This document shows positions 55,651 to 64,000 of a DNA stretch of 64,000 bases, one piece after another. A model generated the notes under the pieces. The model was not told where the DNA came from. It did not search any database and saw only the letters and a program-made list of their open reading frames with translations. The DNA lies in assembly GCF_009914755.1 (NCBI RefSeq), contig NC_060944.1; one strand, written 5' to 3'. The position numbers and the translations under genes are program-made. Positions within the stretch are counted from its first letter, which is position 1; every line of letters begins with the position of its first letter. The stretch comes from the human T2T-CHM13v2.0 reference genome, Homo sapiens.

Positions 55651-58005
55651 ATAAAATATTTTTTAAACATAGATAAAACCCAGAAAACATAAATGTGGGT
55701 AGTCATCAGATATCATAAGGTAAAAGGGCTTTTCAAAACTTAGCAACAACTGAAAAAAAAAGGAAGAATGAACAATGTTAATTGCTGGGATGAAAGGATT
55801 CTATTAGACTTAAATCTCCTTTTGTAAAAGTTGATATTTTGCAAAAATGAACATTTCAAATTAAAACAGTGAAATCCATAGTGGTTACTTCTGGGGTAGA
55901 GAAGTTGAATAGGAATCTTATGGGGAAAATGTTCTCTATTTCCATATGGGTGAAAATTAATTGAACTAGATATATATTTGAAATAAGCACACTTTACTGT
56001 GTACTTATACCTTGATTAAAAAGTAAAAACAGAAAACAAAGTGAAAACCATTCTAAATGCAATATCTCTGTTTTGAACTACCGAGGGGAAGGATATCAGG
56101 TTCCCAGGGTAGTAAAACCTCTTGAAACCATTGTGTGTTGTGTGAATACAGTCCACTGATTTAACCCTAGTCCACATGAAAAAGATTTGAAGATTCTAGT
56201 TGACCACAAACTCTAGAATGTCAATCATGCAACTCAATTAGTATCAAGAAAGCACACAACCCAAGGTTTTATTGCTAAAGGCATAGAGCTCCCAACAAAG
56301 GAAGTAAGAGACACCTAGCTTAGGACCATTTCTCTGACAGACTGGGTAATTTTTGAATAAATTAATGAAACTGATTGTCTTTCAAGACAATATGTAAGGA
56401 CAGAGGCAATCCAGCCTAGACGTTGGAGTAATATTGGCCTGGATTTCAATTCCAGATCTGCCAACTACATGTTGTGTGACCTTAAGAAAATAATGTCATT
56501 TCTATGGGCTCAGTCTCCTCATCTGTAAAATGGGGATAATAATAATATAATCACTGAAAGGCTGTTGTAAGGACTAAATGAGGTACTATATATAAAACTC
56601 TCGGTGTAGCGCTTGACATATTCTAACTCTCCCACTTCAGTGACAGTTTTTACTAGTGGTATTAACAATGAGTTCCAGGGTGGGACCCTCCTTGTATGTC
56701 ATCTCCATGTGATTCCTAAGGAAGTTTGTTTTCTGGGGAGCTGGGGAAGTTGTACAATCTTTGCTAAGAAAACCAAGTTGCCTCCTGCCACCCACATCTC
56801 ACCACTGCCCTAGAGATACCCCAGATCTCTTGTGGTCTTGTTTCCCAGTGTGAACTGCTGCAATCAGTGGCCAAGGCTGCAAGCCAGGCAGGGAAGGGGA
56901 CTGTGCAGGAGACAGAAGATGAAGAAATCGGGAATCCGGCACAGCAGCGACAGGAGCTCATTGACTCCTCCCCAAGGGCCAGCTCGGGAAGCTGGAGAGG
57001 CCTGTCATTAACTCTCTTTATTATCTACATTTTCTGCCTCACTGGCTCATCTGAGGCTGCAAATGGGACTCACTCCTTGCACGAACCTTGCTTCATTGGA
57101 TTCTGGAACTGGGAGGAACTGAATCACGGAAAACATTTATCAACTTGGGGGTTAAATGTGGGAGATAGGGAACTGGGTGTGCACATAATATGGAGTTTGT
57201 CCTTGGAACTTATCCTAAAAGGATCATGGTAGTTTCTACCCTACCATGGCTTCTTCTGAACCCAGAGTCTCCTACCACTGCCATTTGGAGGATCAGCCAT
57301 GCCCTTTCTAGCCAGATTCATATAGCTCACCTCTTGCATTTTAAGAACTGTGTCTATATGGTAGTCTCCTACAAGAACAGGAGCAGTGTGGCATGGGTTT
57401 ATAGATAGTCATGTGCTGCTTACAACTCATGAGACCTTAGACTCTCTGAGCTTCAGTCTCTTTCTCTGTAAAATGGGGATGATTACATGAGCCTTGAAGT
57501 GCTGGGTAAGGATTAATAATATCATCCTTCTTTATTAAGCATTTACCAGACTGTAAGTGCTTGAACATGAGCTATCTAAATCCAATTCTCAGAACAATAG
57601 GTAAATACTATTATCATCCCCATTCTGCAGATGAGGAAGCTGAAACACAGGTTAAATAACTTGCCCAAGATAACACATCTCTCTCCTAACCTTCCTGCAG
57701 GAAACTCATCTATTCCCATGACTTACAAGATCATCCATAGACAACAGCTCCTATGCTTATTTTTTCAGTCCTATTCTCTCTTCTGAGGCCCAGCCTACTT
57801 GACTTGTCAACTTGGAGGTTTAACAGATCTTTCAAACCCATTTCTCCCAAGCAGATGAAGACACTGAGGCAACTTGTTCAAGGTCAAACAACTAGAGTCA
57901 TCAAGCCCGAATTTGAACCTGGATCTCTCTTTATCTGCAAAGGTTACACTGCTGAGCACATTCTATCTCTCTATGAGTTGGTACTCTCTTCAAAATATCC
58001 CTGTC

Positions 58006-58210
58006 AGTCAGACATAGTGGTGCATGCCTGTATTCCCAGTTATTCAAGGGGCTGAAGCAGGAGAGTCACTTGGGCCCAGGAATTCAAGGCTGCAGCAAGC
58101 TATGATTGTGCCCATGAATAGCCATTGCACTCTAGCCTGAGCAACATAGCAAGATGCCATCTTTATTTTTACTTTAAAAATAAAAATAAGTTTAAAAATA
58201 AAGAAATAAA
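58006..58210 (+). mobile_element. Alu right monomer / FRAM-like
   Basis: Single Alu monomer with A-rich tail. Confidence 0.7.
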
Positions 58211-58461
58211 AGAAGACCCTTTTCCATTCTGTAGCTCATACCCTAAGTCATATCTACCAGACTGCTGTGATACTCACTAAACCATGCCAACTGCTCTCTC
58301 CCCCAAGCTAAAGAGGCCCTGAGCACCAGCCTCAGGATGTGCCAAGAAAGAAGCTATCCATAAGGACAGAGGGAAGCCCCAAAGAGGGCTCATCAGAGAA
58401 AGTCATGGGGAAGAAGAGCTGTGAAGCCATCTTATCTCCTTCCATCAAAAGCCCCTGTTCT

Positions 58462-58786
<325 letters not shown>

Positions 58787-59947
58787 GCCCCGTTCTGTAG
58801 CTCAGGAATTATGTCCTTGAGGATTTAAATGTGTGTGTGTTGGGGGGAGGGGGAAGGGTGCCTTAGGGAGGATCTCTGAGCTTCCCCCAAAGAGTTACAG
58901 TGTATGGCAACTCTTATTTATCAAGGCTGTGTAAGCCTTCCTCCATCTGCCAATCATCTACCTTCTTCCCATCCAGTGTTAATCTCCCTAGTAGCACATG
59001 CTCTGTCATCTCCTTGTACACTGAGTGTTATCTTCAGTGTGAAACACAGGCTCAGGCACTCAGATCAGGCTATGCTACAAAGTAATGAAGCACTTCTTAT
59101 TTCCAAAGAAAAATAGATGGAGAAAACTCATCCTTAATTAATAACATGTGGCAAGTATCTGCCCTGTGTGACCACATGGGGCCTCCATGAGTTCCCTGTA
59201 TGGTCTAGAGAGAAAAGGGGATTTTCCCAAGGTCATGAAAAGTTGACAGCAAAGCTGGAGCTTGACTTTGGGGGCTTTCTGATTATTATCTTTACCTCAG
59301 ATCAGCCAAACACACAAGGAGTTTCCTGAGATAGCCTTGCATGTGACAATCTCAGAGGTCCATTTTCAAGCATTCAAGTCTTGCCCCCTCCTCAGGAATC
59401 AGCCACAGTATGACTATGGGCAGCAAGTCAGACCTCAGGTCTTCCCCAAATAGCCCATTTTTTGCCTCATGGAAGCAAACCATGCCCTAGCTGGAAAATC
59501 CAAAAAAGTGTTTTAAGCTAAAAAATGAAACCCAGTACTCTCCTTTTGCAAACATAGGGGCATGTAAACCAGTAAGTTTAAGAAGCCAACTCATACTAAA
59601 AATTCAAAAAGATACTGGATACTCAAGGTGAAAGGAGGAGATCAGAAAGGAGTGAAATGGAAGGAAAGTTAAGCTGGGATCTACTTCCTCCCAAGGTTAC
59701 AGACATTGCTATCAGCTGGCAGTGCAACTTCAGGCTAGTTATTACACCTCATTCATACTCTGTTTCCTCATTTGTAATATGGGGAATCTGATAGCAACTA
59801 TGTCATAAGGGTGGTGGGTGGGCTAAATGAGTTGAGTTCTGGCATATAAGTAACTTAGCATGGAGCACAACAAATGCTTACTTTGTGTTTGTCGTCATTG
59901 CTTCCAAGTTCCTTCTTTGGTCTCTATTGGTGTGGAGTATCTCATTG

Positions 59948-60433
59948 CTTTTTTTTTTCACAGATTTTCATTCTGTCACTTAGGCTGGAGTGCAGTGGCT
60001 CAATCATAGCTCACTGCAGCCTTGAATTTCTGGGCTCAAGAGATCCTCCTTCCTCAGTCTGCCAAGTATCTAAGACCACAGGTATGCACCACTATGCCCA
60101 GCTAAGTTTAAACAAATTTTAATTTATTTTTATGTTATTTTATTTATTGTGTAGACAGGGTCTTGCCCTGTCACCCTGGGCTGGAGTGCAGTGGCAGGAT
60201 CTTGGCTCACTACAGCCTCAATCTCCCAGGCTCAAATGATCCTCCTGCCTCAGCTCCCCAGTAGCTGAGACTACAGGCATGCACTACCATGCCCCGCTAA
60301 TTTTTGTACTTTTTGTAGGGATGGGGTTTTGTCATGTTGCCCAGGCTGGTCTCATCTGCCTTAACTCAAGCACTCCTTCTGCCTCAGCCTCTCAAAATGC
60401 TGGGATTACCGTTGTGAGCCATCATGCCTGGCC
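59948..60433 (-). mobile_element. Partial Alu followed by a full AluJ-like element
   Basis: Reverse Alu consensus twice. Confidence 0.82.
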
Positions 60434-60714
60434 ACATATCCTTCTTTATCTAAGGTCAGAAGAACCTTTAATTTCAATTAACCTTCCTTGGTCAAATAGT
60501 CTTTTCTTCAACCACTGGCCAAGCTGAAAGTAGAGACTAAAAAATACCACACCATTATTTGGCCAGCAAAGAAACTCTCCCTCCCCTACCATCACCATTT
60601 CCTCTCCTTTTCCTTTTGCCTCTTCCCCCTTTCCCTCCCTTTCTCCTCCCTCCCTTACCTTCTCCTTTCCTCCTTTCTTCCCTGCTTGCTTTGGCTTAAT
60701 GAAAGGCCTCACAG

Positions 60715-60735
60715 GACGCTGTCCGTGGTGCTGAC
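60715..60735 (-). promoter_or_regulatory. REST/NRSF RE1 element
   Basis: Reverse complement GTCAGCACCACGGACAGCGTC; 19/21 match to consensus TTCAGCACCACGGACAGCGCC. Confidence 0.9.
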
Positions 60736-62771
60736 TTGTTTTTCTGTCTTGTTCAAACTCTGTATGCAAATGAAAAGACAACACAGCTATTGAATGTTGA
60801 AGCTGGGGACATTCCCCAAGCTAATCTCTGTGCCTGTGGTGTGGCCACGGCTCTGGCCATTATCTCTGGCCACAGTGCCCCGGAGATGCTGATGCTGACC
60901 TGGACCAGAGGTGCCAGCCTGGGCACTGCCAGTCCCCACAGCCATTGACTAGAGCCCCAGGGCACAGGCAGCTAGCAACTTATCTGGGTGCCCCAGGGAC
61001 TGCTATTGGCAAAGTGATGGCCCCACAGGGACCAAATGTGAAGCTAAAGCAGGATACGCAGGTCGGAGATAAGGCCAAGAACAGATTCCCTTTAGCGCTC
61101 AAGTGCTGTTTGTCAGAAATTGACAGCCCCACGGCCCTGGCCGGTGACAGGCACAGGGTGATAACAATACCATATGATCAGCATCATTGGAGGACAGGCT
61201 GTCACTGGCTCCCAGAGATAAGGAAACAATGGGCGACCCCTCTGCCTAGGGAAAGGCCTGCATGGAGCCCCCAGGGCAAAGCAGCAAGATCTAAAGTGTG
61301 TCTCTGACCCCTGGCACCTCACCAGCACCCCCTCCTCCCAGCAGGCCCCCAGAGCTCCTTCCTGTCACCCAGGGACCCGTGGCCTCCATTGTGCACCCAC
61401 TATTCTGACCCCTGTTCTCTGGAGTTAATCATGTTATCTCTAGAGCACAGGTGTTAGTGGATGATAACAGACAAGCAGTTCCCTCCCCAGCTCCCTGCAC
61501 CACAGACGCTGCTAAGGGAATGGAGTGGGAGAACAGAGCTTTCTCGAGGTGGTTTATGCAGGCCATGGATTCAGCACTAACAGCCTCTCTCCAGCACTGG
61601 ATTCTTGAGAAATAAAAAGGTTGGGTGTGGAGGGGCTCCCACATTTTCTAGTGTCTTCCCATTCCACCCCACTGGAGCAAAGCTGTTGACCCTACACTTG
61701 GGGACATATTTTGGGATGGGTTCCACTGCCCTGGCTTGGCTATATCCCTTCCCCCACTGCTGCGCAACCTTTCCCTACCATAGCCCCAATAGCCATGAAA
61801 TGGGGACTCAGCACACCTAGGTCCTAGTTCTTTCCCTGACCCCAGCTTGATGAATGATTTAGGGATCATAGTCAAGTCACTTCACTCCCTGGCCTCAGTT
61901 TCTTCAACTGTAAGTTGGGGCTACTCATCTGTAACTATCAGATCTGCCAGGTGGTATGAAGTTCCAGTGAGATAAATATATGTGAGGGCTGGGCGGTGGG
62001 AGATCTGAGATTTACCCCCCACTAACCAGGCCCACTGAGTACAGTGTGGAGCACTGCTGGGTCTCAGCTTGGAGGTCTGCTCTGCCTGACTCCCCAGGTG
62101 GCAAGATCATCCCCCCGTTCCCCTCCTCTTCTATGCTTAGGCTGTGATTTCTCATGGGCTCACCTCTCATACCCTCCTGTTTTCTTTCTCTCATGTCTGT
62201 CTCTCAACTGGTTCTTGTTCTTGCCTTTTTTTCTGATCTTTTACGTATATCTGCAAACCTCACTCTGCTTCCTCATTTGTTGCTGATGCAGAAAGAATGC
62301 AAAGGATTATTTATTTAGCTTGTATTTTGGCACCATTATGGATGACTTTGATGTTGCTTTGGACAACCATCCAGCACCCTGGCTTCGTAGTTTTTTTTGA
62401 CCCTGTCAACTCCAATGACCTCCACCCCCTTACCCCTTCAGTTCGTGCCTGCGGACACATTCTAGACTTTGTCATCACCCACAACTTACCCGTCTCGAAA
62501 ATATTAAACTTTCTGGTGACAGCTCCTGTGTTCTTCATTCTCTAATTCCACTCTGCCTTCTCTTTAGCATCACTAAGATCTCTAGTTCTTTCTGTCTCCA
62601 TTTCCTACCAAAATGCTTGCCCTTTGCTTGGTCTGTTTCTTTTCTAACTGGCCAAGATCCCCTGACTCATGTCAAATATGTCCCTGCCCATGCGTCCTTT
62701 GTCCCTCTGCTGCCCTCATTTATTTACTTCATTCATTCACTCATTCATTCATTCATCCAATACATTTTTAG

Positions 62772-63151
<380 letters not shown>

Positions 63152-64000
63152 TAGAGAGCCTATGGTAAGCAAAATAGATAATAGTTATCCCCTTGAGCTC
63201 TAGAATTCAATCCAATTGAATTCACTCTTGGCTATTATATTTGGGGTGCTGATGGTTCCCTGTGAATTTCTGGTTTCTAACATTCTCTGGACCCTCATTG
63301 TTACTGTCCAATCTTTTATTTTTTTATTTGTTTGTTTTTGTTTTTTGCTGTCCAGTCTTTTAAATGGGTGCTACATTGGGTCAGTAGTTCTAGACATTTT
63401 AGTGTCCTGACACATTTACAATCCCCCCTTTATTTTTGAGACAGGGTCTTGCTTTGTTGTGATCCTCTCACCTCGGGGCATCCCAAAGTGCTGGGATTAC
63501 AGACATGAGCTACTGTACCTGGCCTACAAATCTTATTGAAGTTATAGGCCTCTCCCCAGAAGAGTGTCCTTGCATATACATTCCACTGACAATTTTAGAA
63601 GTCCATGTACTCCATAAGCCCAGTCAAGAGCCCATAAATTAGACAAATTCTGCAAACATATTCAACTTTTTGGCCTAAGAATTACTAATCTCATCTTGCC
63701 TTCAACCCATACACCAACATTTTTCACATCAGGGGCACAGAGGGTAAGGGGCAGAGTTCGGGAGCTCAATTGTGGAAACAGAGATATGAATGAAGATGAG
63801 GCAGGTCTTGTTCATTCTCTCTAAGGTGTATAATAGCATTAAAAAATCTTTCTTCCTTAGTCACTTCCCAAGAGTGTTGAATTGGAAAATGTGGGTGTAT
63901 TATCTTCTGCTGGGCAAAAAAAAAAAACAAAAACAAAAGCAAAAAACACTCAAAACCTAGTGGCTTAAAACAACAATAAATATTTATTACCTCTCACAGT

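Overview
Primate (most likely human) genomic DNA, rich in Alu, MIR, L1 and LTR repeats. Bases 1 to about 18,310 carry the 3' part of a + strand RhoGAP gene that I recognise as ARHGAP40 (20q11.23). Ten GT-AG coding exons (2278-17506) splice in frame into 1245 nt, i.e. 414 codons plus TAA. They cover the RhoGAP domain and the ARHGAP18/28/40-type C-terminal region, followed by a 3' UTR of about 0.8 kb. The remaining ~46 kb has no supportable coding gene; nearly all ORF-track entries are Alu-derived, low-complexity or chance ORFs. The most interesting signal is non-coding: three co-oriented REST/RE1 motifs (48856, 54186, 60715), several repeat-free islands dense in DLX-type homeodomain, E-box, SOX, POU and RFX motifs, an orphan CpG island (~42.3-42.95 kb), and a run of co-oriented CTCF motifs at the end of ARHGAP40. 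From recalled gene order, the next gene downstream, outside the window, is the neuronal GABA/glycine vesicular transporter SLC32A1 (VGAT). The interval therefore reads as a candidate insulated, REST-gated distal regulatory domain; this is inference, not demonstrated. Also seen: a perfect 18-bp hairpin, a ~106-bp duplication in the 3' UTR, higher-order GAT/GGT tandem tracts and nested transposon insertions. Repeat boundaries and subfamily names are by eye and approximate.
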